Sequence record: MG592456.1
Reading direction: 5' to 3' (one strand)
DNA: 64,000 bases
Both the position numbers and the translations under genes were made by a program. How positions within the stretch are numbered: position 1 is the first letter of the stretch; each line of letters opens with the position of its first letter. The notes under the pieces were generated by a model. That model did no database searches. It was not told where the DNA came from and worked only from the letters and a program-made list of their open reading frames with translations. Positions 40,493-49,002 of this stretch are shown one piece after another.

Positions 40493-41338
40493 ATGATAGA
40501 TGTTTTGTTAAGATATAACGTCAAAATCATCAATAGTCGCAAGTTAATTGTTTACACAAATAGAAATCGACTGCGGCTTATTGATAAATTGACTAAAGAG
40601 CTTGGCGGGTTGTACGTAAAGTGCGATTCTGGAAGTTCAATCGGGTGTATACAAATGGATTCATGTCGAGTATACGTCAAGCCAACATCTAATCCCGGTA
40701 TTGATAACGAACACAATTTCTATGCTATTGTAAAGCAATACATTGATTCAGGTTGTTCTAAGATTAGAATTGGTAGACGAACTATTAAAGGTGTGCGCTC
40801 GATTGAAATGTCGGGTCATGACACAAAGAACAATAAAAAAGCAGATATGGTCTTGAAGACTAGAAAGGGCGATTTTCCTATTTCAATTAAAAAACAGAAT
40901 GCAGCTCGTTGGGCTAGTACCGATGGGATTCATGGAAGAGAGGCATGCAAATTATTAAACGATATGATCAACGACAAGGTTGTTGACTTGTTTAATTTTT
41001 CAGATGATGGTAAGGTCAAGAGACTTAGCCAGCCGATTGCACGCAAATTGCGTGATGACGAAATAAATCACGTCGTATTCGGGTCTGATATTCTGGATAA
41101 CGGGATTGTTATCGTCAATAGCTTTACGCTAGATGATTTTGTTTTCCGTAATGGTACCTTACATATAGATGGTGAAGTGATCTTGACGTCGAAAGATATC
41201 AAAGGCACTAAATATCATCCATATATGATGATTAGAAACGACGCTTGCCGACGCAGTAAAGATTTACCTTATGGTGTTCGAGTTGAGGTTGTGTTTGAAT
41301 CAAGAATAACGAAAAATACGATTGTTTACGAGGAGTAG
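40493..41338 (+). CDS. Putative PD-(D/E)xK endonuclease (free-standing, late promoter)
   Basis: E(HNF)...KADMVL...PISIKK motif; CTAAATA at 40454-40460 inside an RBS-occluding hairpin. Confidence 0.5.
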   Translation: MIDVLLRYNVKIINSRKLIVYTNRNRLRLIDKLTKELGGLYVKCDSGSSIGCIQMDSCRVYVKPTSNPGIDNEHNFYAIVKQYIDSGCSKIRIGRRTIKGVRSIEMSGHDTKNNKKADMVLKTRKGDFPISIKKQNAARWASTDGIHGREACKLLNDMINDKVVDLFNFSDDGKVKRLSQPIARKLRDDEINHVVFGSDILDNGIVIVNSFTLDDFVFRNGTLHIDGEVILTSKDIKGTKYHPYMMIRNDACRRSKDLPYGVRVEVVFESRITKNTIVYEE

Positions 41339-41341
41339 CTA

Positions 41342-42178
41342 ATGGCTATTAAAGACAAACTGGAAGAGTTGATTGGAACGATTCGCAGTTGCAGTACTAA
41401 AGATGGTGTAGCAGAAATTGAAAAGCTGTATGCACAAAAGAAAAAGGAGTTAGGTGCAAACATTACTCCCATGATGGACATTCGTGTTCGTGATGCAATT
41501 CGTGGTAGACATACTCAGTTTGATAATGAAGCTGCTGAAGCCAAAGAAATGGCGAAAATGAAAAAGCAAGAAGATGATGCCAACGCGATTGCCGCTAAAA
41601 TGGAATCTGGGTTATTCGTCACTAGTGAGAAAGAATTTTTCTTACATGAGACCGTTCTTGATGCATGTGCGATTGATGCGGCATGTATCATGGAGGTTTC
41701 TGCGGATATTCCAACCAATGGTCATATAGAGTTGTATAAGACTCTCTCAGAAGCGGCTGTTCATGTTGGCGCGACGGCTAAGATGATTATACCTCCGTCA
41801 CGCAATCGCGTGCTGAGTGATGCAGATCGCGTTCGTATGTTCGAATCCATGAGCAATGTTGATGTTGAAACAAAATGCGTGATGTTTGCTGAGGTGGAGA
41901 GAATGATCGCGCGGGGTCAAACTCGTGTATTTGCATTAGTCGAATCTGAGAAGATTGCGGAATATCGTCGTCTAGGTCAGCATTTCTTGCGTGTTGGTGG
42001 GCTTCGTTTCGAGATCGTTGAAGTTAAGAACAAAATCCCATCTAGTGTCGTCGAGCAATTCATTGCTAATGATGATCTAGATTCGTTTATGAAAAACGTG
42101 TCGCTTCCGATGCAAGAAGCTGAACGTATGTTCGATCGTCACCTTGAAGTTCTGATGGAGTCAGGTCATGTCAACTAA
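41342..42178 (+). CDS. UvsW.1-like domain fused to a degenerate HIGH-family (cytidylyltransferase-like) domain
   Basis: IRSCSTKDGVAEIEKLY...DIRVRDAIRG matches T4 UvsW.1 IASCQTLEGLEELEAYY...DISVRDALAG; PTNGHIELY HIGH-like motif. Confidence 0.55.
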   Translation: MAIKDKLEELIGTIRSCSTKDGVAEIEKLYAQKKKELGANITPMMDIRVRDAIRGRHTQFDNEAAEAKEMAKMKKQEDDANAIAAKMESGLFVTSEKEFFLHETVLDACAIDAACIMEVSADIPTNGHIELYKTLSEAAVHVGATAKMIIPPSRNRVLSDADRVRMFESMSNVDVETKCVMFAEVERMIARGQTRVFALVESEKIAEYRRLGQHFLRVGGLRFEIVEVKNKIPSSVVEQFIANDDLDSFMKNVSLPMQEAERMFDRHLEVLMESGHVN

Positions 42179-42647
42179 AACTATTCCAAAGCGTGGTGCT
42201 GATGGGTTCTACGCTCTTCGATTGACTCGTCTCCTACATCTTGAATTCAAGCGCTGGGAAGCGTTTAAGTTGGGAATTATCGACGATAAAGGCAATCTTC
42301 TACGTAAAGCAGAAACGCCTAAAGAAAAGAGCAACTGGACAATGTTTCATATCACAGTGCGTAATATCAAACGCCTTGTGCATTTGAATCCAGTTGGCGC
42401 ACAAATTTTAAATCACGGCGCATCGTACTTGTTGCTGATTGAACTTGCTAAAGAATACGATTTGGGTGATTCATTTGCTCAATCTGTATTTGACTTACAA
42501 GAGGAAATGGTTGCAGGTGATGCGGGCGGTGATCCCGAAATGATTGCCAAAGGCGAAACATCTGGTGCTATAACTGGCCCGGGACCAAAGGTTCTTGGTA
42601 AAAAGAAAAAGAAAAAGAAGCTGAAGAAATTCAGACACTTCGACTAA
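42168..42647 (+). CDS. Conserved T4-like hypothetical protein with a C-terminal 61.1-like motif
   Basis: WEAFKLGIIDDKGNLLRK; EEMVAGDAGGDP...SGAITGPGP; precedes primase. Confidence 0.55.
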   Translation: MSTKTIPKRGADGFYALRLTRLLHLEFKRWEAFKLGIIDDKGNLLRKAETPKEKSNWTMFHITVRNIKRLVHLNPVGAQILNHGASYLLLIELAKEYDLGDSFAQSVFDLQEEMVAGDAGGDPEMIAKGETSGAITGPGPKVLGKKKKKKKLKKFRHFD

Positions 42648-42651
42648 AAAT

Positions 42652-42676
42652 TGCCCCGATTTAGGGGCATTTTTTT
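42652..42676 (+). terminator. Intrinsic terminator
   Basis: TGCCCC-gattta-GGGGCA T-run. Confidence 0.8.
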
Positions 42677-42724
42677 GTTTATAATTCGTGAATTCGTGTC
42701 AAAATACGTCACGGAGGATATATT

Positions 42725-43783
42725 ATGAAAATATTAATTGATATACAGTACGCCAAGATGCTCCAACATCGACTGTTGCTACCGAAAGTACACAGTAATC
42801 GACCGTTCAAAATCAATGCACGCTGTCCTGTATGTGGTGACTCAAAGAAGAACAAATTCAAGACGCGATTCTGGATTAACGAAGTCAAAGCGAAAGGTGG
42901 CGAAGTTCATCTGCGCTGTTCATGCTGGAACTGCAATTTGAACGTATCTTTGTATCAGTTCTTACAAGACCATGAACCGGGATTATTCGCGCAATATCGA
43001 GTTGATTTATTCAAAGAAAACAACTCTCGTGAGCGAAAAGAACGCACACCAGAACCCGTCGTCGAGAAAAAAGAAGCTGTCGTGATTGAAAAGGAAGCTG
43101 AGACACAGCTATTTCATAATATAACAGCGTTGAAAGACGATCATGTCATGCACAAGTACCTCGAAATGCGTAAAATCCCGAAAGACAAGTGGCACTTGCT
43201 TGGGTTTACTCGTGGCTGGACTAACATGGCTAAGTCACTGCGCCCCGATTTGTATGAAGGTGAGATTAGACACGATCATCCGCGACTTGTAATACCGATT
43301 TACAACAAAAACGGGCTAGTTGCAGTGCAAGGTAGGGCACTTACAAATAAACACGCTCAACGCTATATGACGATTAAAATCGACGATGATTTCAATAAGA
43401 TTTATGGTACGGAACGCATCAACGAAGACGACCCAGTTATTTTCGTAGAGGGTCCGATTGATAGTTTATTCCTATACAATTGCTGTGCTATAGTAGGCGG
43501 ACAAGTTAGCCCGAAGAACGCACCGTACGCTGGTAACAGAATATGGGCGCTAGATAGAGAGCCATTTCATCCGGATACCGTCAAACGTATGCATACGTTG
43601 ATTAAAGCGGGTGAGCGAATAGTAATATGGGATAGACTCCCGTCAGATTTGAATAACGCGAAAGATATAAATGATTTCGTAAAGGCGGGTTATACTCCTG
43701 AGTTTATCCAGAAGTATATTTATGATAATGCGGTTTCCGGGATGGCGGCTACGCTTCGATTAAATCGATGGGCTCGCGTATAG
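42725..43783 (+). CDS. 61: DNA primase
   Basis: CPVCGDS...CWNC Zn finger, RLVIPI, VQGRAL, FVEGPIDSLFL TOPRIM. Confidence 0.95.
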   Translation: MKILIDIQYAKMLQHRLLLPKVHSNRPFKINARCPVCGDSKKNKFKTRFWINEVKAKGGEVHLRCSCWNCNLNVSLYQFLQDHEPGLFAQYRVDLFKENNSRERKERTPEPVVEKKEAVVIEKEAETQLFHNITALKDDHVMHKYLEMRKIPKDKWHLLGFTRGWTNMAKSLRPDLYEGEIRHDHPRLVIPIYNKNGLVAVQGRALTNKHAQRYMTIKIDDDFNKIYGTERINEDDPVIFVEGPIDSLFLYNCCAIVGGQVSPKNAPYAGNRIWALDREPFHPDTVKRMHTLIKAGERIVIWDRLPSDLNNAKDINDFVKAGYTPEFIQKYIYDNAVSGMAATLRLNRWARV

Positions 43784-44459
43784 ACCACTCAGGGAAGTTA
43801 TTTGAGTTACATCGAGTTTTAACAGAACGTGGGTCACATTTATTTTGGCGCCCTGCCTCTGCCAAAGAACGAAACTCTCCATTCGGTGTGATGTACACGC
43901 CGAAGAAGCCGGAAGAAGCCTGTGCTATTTTAATTCGTGTATCGTCTTTATATTCTCGTTCTGAGTTTGTGACTTTTATACGGTCGATAAATGATTGTGG
44001 GCGCTTCTTCCCTTTATGAGCTTTGGATATTGCGCTGAAGTGTCGTTCTTTAGACTCTTCTGATTTATGCCAATTCCCCTTTCGCTCTTTGCGTATTTCG
44101 AACATTCGCTCTGAAATGTGTTTCGCTGATTTTCGTCGAGCGATTTCATACATAGCACCTGTGAATCTCTTCTGACCGTCACTATTGGCAGCAAACACGT
44201 CCACTGTTCTCCACATGGCTCCTCCATATATCCGAGCCAGTAGTAAATGTGCTACGTAATGTTCACGTGCAGATAGTTCAATGATATTATCATTTGTATC
44301 AGCGTCGATGTCCCATATGTAATCATCACGCTCGCCATAACGTTTAGAGAATCTACACATCGACGCTGGTTTGATGTGATGTTTCTCTGAGTAATCTAAA
44401 ACATCGATACGATGTTTAGCTCTTTCGATTAGTAGTGTATACTGCTTCTCATAATTCAT
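43749..44459 (-). mobile_element. Free-standing HNH (Mob-like) homing endonuclease with NUMOD3-type DNA-binding motif
   Basis: EKHHIKP...NIIELSAREHYVAHLLL; ISKAHKGKKRP; opposite strand to the primase/dut block; own promoter TTGACA-18-TATAAT (44490-44519). Confidence 0.85.
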
Positions 44460-44534
44460 AATGCTATATCCTGTATAGTTTGTTCATATATTATATATCA
44501 CCACTGGTGGTCCTGTCAAACGAGAGAAAATTTA

Positions 44535-45035
44535 ATGAAACTAATCTACCTGCCGCACTACAAAGAAAACAAACATAACGAACTGCAAGACTTCATCCCG
44601 CCTCTTAAAAATATGGACATCGACGACGCTGGCATTGATATGCGTGCTGCAATCATCGGTGATATTAAATTAGCACCGGGCGAAGACGCTGTGATTCCAT
44701 CTGGCGTTAAGATTCACATCGGATCTGACGAAACGCATAACGCCTTCGTTCAAATGGGGCTATACGGTTGCATTTTACCACGTTCGGGTCTTGGGTTTAA
44801 GCATTATTTACGACTTGCAAACACTGCTGGTGTGATTGATGCAAATTATCAAGGCGAAATTATGATTAAGATTCGCAACGAGGGTGATGATACATTGCAC
44901 ATTGCTCGTGGTGATCGTATCTGTCAAATCATCTTTCAGTATTACCGCAAAGGTGTTCAATTTAATGTCGTTGATAAATTCGATGATGAAACAGCACGTG
45001 GAGCAAAAGGCTTCGGTGCAAGTGGTGTAAGTTAG
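44535..45035 (+). CDS. dut: Trimeric dUTPase
   Basis: AGIDM, PRSGLG, GVIDANYQGE, GDRICQ, RGAKGFGASG. Confidence 0.95.
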   Translation: MKLIYLPHYKENKHNELQDFIPPLKNMDIDDAGIDMRAAIIGDIKLAPGEDAVIPSGVKIHIGSDETHNAFVQMGLYGCILPRSGLGFKHYLRLANTAGVIDANYQGEIMIKIRNEGDDTLHIARGDRICQIIFQYYRKGVQFNVVDKFDDETARGAKGFGASGVS

Positions 45036-45045
45036 AGGTATCAAT

Positions 45046-45756
45046 ATGAGCAATAAGAGTGAGTTTCCAATTGACATCATTTGTGACTACGAAGGACTTG
45101 CGGTTTGCCCTTCCGCCGCAGTCATTGAACTCGGCGCAGTAGCATTTGAACATGACTATACAAAAGTCCCTGATTATCAAGCGCTAGTCGATAACGGGTT
45201 TCAAGCTAAATTTCACTTGAAGTCACAGAAAGGTGTTCGAGTCATTGATAGCGCGACTGTATCTTGGTGGAAAGAACAATCCCCTGAAGCGAAAGCCATC
45301 TTAATCCCTAGTGGAAGTGATGTAACAGTTGCTGAAGGGCATCGACTGTTTATTGAATGGATCGAAAACAACACAGGCTATGATGGTCGCTCTCACATTT
45401 ATTGCCGTGGCAATAACTATGACTTGCCATTGATGGTTGATTGCTTCGCAGAATCCGGTCTACGTCATGCGATTTTAGAGCGCTTCTGGAAATTCCGCGA
45501 CGTTCGAACACGCATTGAAGCACTCATGCTCAATCGCGACATGTGCTCAGTACCAATTCGAGCTGATGCAATGCCTGGTTTCATTCATCATAGTGGTATT
45601 CACGATTGTGCCAAAGACGCGATGATGTTGATCATGGCAGCTCGATACGCGCTTGATCTTGAAGAACTACCAGAAAAGCTTGACTGTCATGAAGTATCAG
45701 TGAGATTTACTGATGAAGAGCGCGAAGAAAAGGTTCAACGGGAGCTAGAAAAATGA
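45046..45756 (+). CDS. dexA: DexA-like 3'-5' exonuclease (DEDDh)
   Basis: DYEGL, RGNNYDLP, FWKFRDVRTRIE, HSGIHDCAKD. Confidence 0.88.
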   Translation: MSNKSEFPIDIICDYEGLAVCPSAAVIELGAVAFEHDYTKVPDYQALVDNGFQAKFHLKSQKGVRVIDSATVSWWKEQSPEAKAILIPSGSDVTVAEGHRLFIEWIENNTGYDGRSHIYCRGNNYDLPLMVDCFAESGLRHAILERFWKFRDVRTRIEALMLNRDMCSVPIRADAMPGFIHHSGIHDCAKDAMMLIMAARYALDLEELPEKLDCHEVSVRFTDEEREEKVQRELEK

Positions 45757-45914
45757 TTGTATCAGTACATTTACTATCGCAAGCGGTAGCAGTCACACAC
45801 GAGAACGTTAAAAACGCTTATACCAAGGATGCACTGTATTGTGTCATGCTTAAAAGCGGTGTTGTTTATAAGTATCCGCTGTGTAATATTTTCCGCATTG
45901 TTGAAAACATGTAG
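45753..45914 (+). CDS. 53-aa hypothetical protein (missed by the ORF track)
   Basis: MIVSVHLLSQAVAVTHENVKNAYTKDALYCV...YKYPLCNIFRIVENM; ATGA overlap with dexA. Confidence 0.55.
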   Translation: MIVSVHLLSQAVAVTHENVKNAYTKDALYCVMLKSGVVYKYPLCNIFRIVENM

Positions 45915-45921
45915 AAATTAG

Positions 45922-45950
45922 TTGACTTAGTTGATAAGAGTCTTTAATAT
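45922..45950 (+). promoter_or_regulatory. Sigma70 early promoter TTGACT-17-TAATAT
   Basis: Near-consensus. Confidence 0.75.
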
Positions 45951-46020
45951 GTCTCTTATCAACTAACAACAGAGAATAATATGACATCACTTGGCCTATT
46001 AAATTTATGGAGATTGTGTA

Positions 46021-46272
46021 ATGATTAATTTAGAATTTTATCAAGGTACAAAATACGCACTGAATACTCAAGGTACTATGTTGCTTGTTCAGGCAACTTC
46101 AAAGCCTGTTGAAGCTACCGTCGACAATTTCTTCTACACAATCATGCCTGAATTGTCTGTTGCTGAAACAGCCGAAGCTATAGCAATCCTGTTCAACGAC
46201 GGGTTGATCACTATTGTGTGTCAAGACGACTTCACTGTTGAAGAAATTTTAAATCAAATGATGGGAAATTAG
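46021..46272 (+). CDS. Hypothetical protein
   Basis: 83 aa, GGAG RBS. Confidence 0.55.
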   Translation: MINLEFYQGTKYALNTQGTMLLVQATSKPVEATVDNFFYTIMPELSVAETAEAIAILFNDGLITIVCQDDFTVEEILNQMMGN

Positions 46273-46274
46273 TA

Positions 46275-46721
46275 ATGAAAGCATATTGCTTTGTTAATCG
46301 ATATTGTATTGGTATTCAAGCGGGTATTCAAGCCGCACATGCGCTCGTACGACTTGGTGAAATGCGCGATGATTCAGGTGCATACAAGAAATGGGCTAAT
46401 GAAGAAGAAACACTTTGTGTTTTATCTGCAAGCGATCATGACCATCTTGCGAATATTGAAATGACGATCAAAGAAATGGATCTTGATATCCCTGTTGCCT
46501 CGTTTCAAGAAGCCGGCTTGAATAATTCATTAACTGCTGTTGCATTTATCGCAGATGAGCGTATAATCAAAATTCAACAAGAAGTGTATGAATGGCGCGA
46601 ATTGCGCAAACGTAATGAAGGCAAGACTAGAGGCGTATTTGATTCAGATATGTTCTATCGTCACGGTCAACGTTACGCACTGGTGAAATACTTACAGGAG
46701 TTCAAATCTCACAATGGCTAA
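46275..46721 (+). CDS. Peptidyl-tRNA hydrolase type 2 (PTH2)-like protein
   Basis: GIQAGIQAAHA, YKKW...TLCVL, FQEAGL...TAVA. Confidence 0.6.
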   Translation: MKAYCFVNRYCIGIQAGIQAAHALVRLGEMRDDSGAYKKWANEEETLCVLSASDHDHLANIEMTIKEMDLDIPVASFQEAGLNNSLTAVAFIADERIIKIQQEVYEWRELRKRNEGKTRGVFDSDMFYRHGQRYALVKYLQEFKSHNG

Positions 46722-46941
46722 ATTAACTTTAACTACTGCTGCATTATTCGAAGAAATAATGACACAAGATGATGTTGATGTGAAACACACGACAACAGGT
46801 CCAGAATACGTTACGGCTGTATATCAAAACGGCTCTATGATTGCAGAGCGTGTTTTATACGTAGCGCAAGCTGAACATTTCGTTGTGGCTCGTGACGAAG
46901 AAGTGCGCGAAACTCGCAAACCGCTAAGGAAATTACCATGA
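46714..46941 (+). CDS. Hypothetical protein
   Basis: 75 aa, coupled. Confidence 0.55.
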   Translation: MAKLTLTTAALFEEIMTQDDVDVKHTTTGPEYVTAVYQNGSMIAERVLYVAQAEHFVVARDEEVRETRKPLRKLP

Positions 46942-47186
46942 AAAACAAAGGCTTTACACTAATTGAACTAATGATCATCTTGGCTATAGTAGGAATTCTA
47001 GGTTCTATTCTATTGCCTGCCATTTTTGGCGGCTCTGCGAGTGTTGACACGTACGACACGTACGACACGTATGACTATAACGAGCCAGTTCAACAACCTC
47101 AATCAACTCATATCATAGCGACTGATGCTCAAGGTAAGCAGATGCTATGTGACACAACAACAGGGCAATGCGTGCCCGTCAAATAA
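46938..47186 (+). CDS. Mini type IV pilin-like protein (prepilin N-methylation motif)
   Basis: MKNKG|FTLIELMIILAIVGILGSILLP class III signal; C-terminal Cys pair. Confidence 0.85.
   Translation: MKNKGFTLIELMIILAIVGILGSILLPAIFGGSASVDTYDTYDTYDYNEPVQQPQSTHIIATDAQGKQMLCDTTTGQCVPVK
47046..47072 (+). repeat. 3 x 9-bp tandem repeat GACACGTAY (DTY) in the pilin-like gene
   Basis: Read directly. Confidence 0.9.
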
Positions 47187-47195
47187 GGCGAAATA

Positions 47196-48104
47196 ATGCA
47201 AAATTATTTAGATTTATGCGGTGATATTCTCAATAACGGCGATTTTCTTGAGAATCGTACGGGTATGAGCACTGTTAGTGTAATTGGTCGCGAATTGCGT
47301 TGGGATTTATCGAAATCTTACCCCGTCCCGATCACTAAAAAATTAGCAACAAAGGCAATCACCGGTGAGCTATTGTGGTTTTTCTCGGGATCTGGGTTGA
47401 TCACTGATCTTCGACGTTATAGTTGCCTTACTGATGACCAGTTCTGTATTTGGCAGCAAAATCTCGATGAATTGAATGCTCGTGCTGAAAAGGCAGGTGT
47501 AGTTCGAAACGAAAAAGATTTAGGTTACGTTTACGGTAAGATTTGGCGCAAGCGTTTGTCTGTGACTGCAAATAAAGAAGTGGTTGAGTTTGACCAAATT
47601 CATCAATTGCTTTGTGATATTGAAGCAGTGAAGAATGATCCGACTGAATCTGCACAGAGACGTTTACTCGTTGATGCGTGGGATCCTCTGATGCACACTG
47701 AAAGTAATTCAGTCGACGTGGCTTTACCGCCTTGTCACTACGGCTTTCAAGTGTTTGTTCGAAATGGCAAGCTGTCTCTTAAATGGAACCAACGTTCTGT
47801 CGATACATTCCTTGGACTTCCGTTTAATATCGCGTCATATGCGCTATTAACGCACATTTTAGCGCAATTAACAGGCTTAAAAGTCGGTGAATTGATCTTC
47901 TCTGGTGGTGATGTTCATATTTACGAAGATCACATTGTACCTGTGTTGAAGCAGATGCGCCGTGATCCAGAACGTGATCATAGACTGCCGCAGATTTCCA
48001 TGCCGCGTTTTGATACACTTGAAGAATTGTTGCAGTTAGATGCAAGTGATTTTGGTGTATACGACTACGACCCATATCCAGCTATTAAAGGTAAAATGTC
48101 ATGA
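47196..48104 (+). CDS. td: Thymidylate synthase ThyA
   Basis: NRTG, GELLWF, LPPCH, WNQRSVDTFLGLPFNIASY, DVHIYEDH; no intron. Confidence 0.96.
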   Translation: MQNYLDLCGDILNNGDFLENRTGMSTVSVIGRELRWDLSKSYPVPITKKLATKAITGELLWFFSGSGLITDLRRYSCLTDDQFCIWQQNLDELNARAEKAGVVRNEKDLGYVYGKIWRKRLSVTANKEVVEFDQIHQLLCDIEAVKNDPTESAQRRLLVDAWDPLMHTESNSVDVALPPCHYGFQVFVRNGKLSLKWNQRSVDTFLGLPFNIASYALLTHILAQLTGLKVGELIFSGGDVHIYEDHIVPVLKQMRRDPERDHRLPQISMPRFDTLEELLQLDASDFGVYDYDPYPAIKGKMS

Positions 48105-48397
48105 GCAATTTATATGTTTACGTAGAAGTAGACGAGAACGACGGTGATTATATCGGCGATTTAAAACCAATTGATACTTATGAAGCTGAACGACTTGAAG
48201 CATTGATTGCAAAATCAGGCGATAATCTTGAGAAGTGGCAATATGGTGAATGCGCTGATGTTGAGCCAGAAGAAGCGTATCCCGACTTTACTGAAGATGA
48301 CATTGACTTCATTAATGAACAGATGCCGAGTCCTGAATACGGGTTTCACACAGTCGTGAAAATTCAAATCGTATCAATGGTGAAAAAATTACTATGA
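48101..48397 (+). CDS. Acidic hypothetical protein
   Basis: 98 aa, coupled. Confidence 0.6.
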   Translation: MSNLYVYVEVDENDGDYIGDLKPIDTYEAERLEALIAKSGDNLEKWQYGECADVEPEEAYPDFTEDDIDFINEQMPSPEYGFHTVVKIQIVSMVKKLL

Positions 48398-48702
48398 TCA
48401 ATACAGTATTAGCAACGAGTAAGCGCATTAACAACGGCCGTAAACCGTACGACGTATTAGCTAGTGCAACTGAAGAACTCGGTGAGCTATCTACTGAAGT
48501 ACGAGTCAAATACGGGTGTTCATATAAAACACCTGACGTTGACGGTATTCTTGGCGAGTCAGTCGACGGCATTTTATGTCTAATCGACATGATTTACGTC
48601 GACAACCCAGAGATCACAGAAGCTGATGTCATGCAAGTAGTTCGAAATAAACTTGCAAAATGGGAACGTAAAGAAACTGAACACGCAGAACGAACTGCAT
48701 AG
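48394..48702 (+). CDS. MazG-like nucleotide pyrophosphohydrolase
   Basis: ATEELGEL...GESVDGILCLID EExxE...ExxD helices. Confidence 0.7.
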   Translation: MINTVLATSKRINNGRKPYDVLASATEELGELSTEVRVKYGCSYKTPDVDGILGESVDGILCLIDMIYVDNPEITEADVMQVVRNKLAKWERKETEHAERTA

Positions 48703-48717
48703 CAAAAAGGTAATAAC

Positions 48718-49002
48718 ATGTCAATTTCAATTGAAACAATCTTAGGCGCACAAGAGGACGTTCTTGAATTCTTACTTGGTGGTTACGATGATGCTGAAAA
48801 CGGTGCTCGACTAGTTGAGCAAGATGGTGGTGGCGAAGGTGGTAGTGAATACTGTTACTCAATCGTCGAGCTGAACGGTAAATATTACCGCTGTGAATAT
48901 AGCTACTACAGCCACATGGGTTACGATAATTACGACTCATTCGAAGAAGTGTGGCCCGTGGAAGTCACTGTCACGCAGTACACCAACACAAAGCCTGCAT
49001 AA
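48718..49002 (+). CDS. Acidic hypothetical protein
   Basis: 94 aa; EQDGGGEGGSEY. Confidence 0.6.
   Translation: MSISIETILGAQEDVLEFLLGGYDDAENGARLVEQDGGGEGGSEYCYSIVELNGKYYRCEYSYYSHMGYDNYDSFEEVWPVEVTVTQYTNTKPA

Noticed and set aside
42601-42630. Poly-lysine A-rich run as a slippery frameshift site
   Set aside because: It encodes a basic C-terminal tail followed by a terminator, with no downstream alternative ORF to reach
35003-48104. Group I introns or inteins in nrdD or td (classic T4 sites)
   Set aside because: Both ORFs are continuous, of expected length, with no insertion
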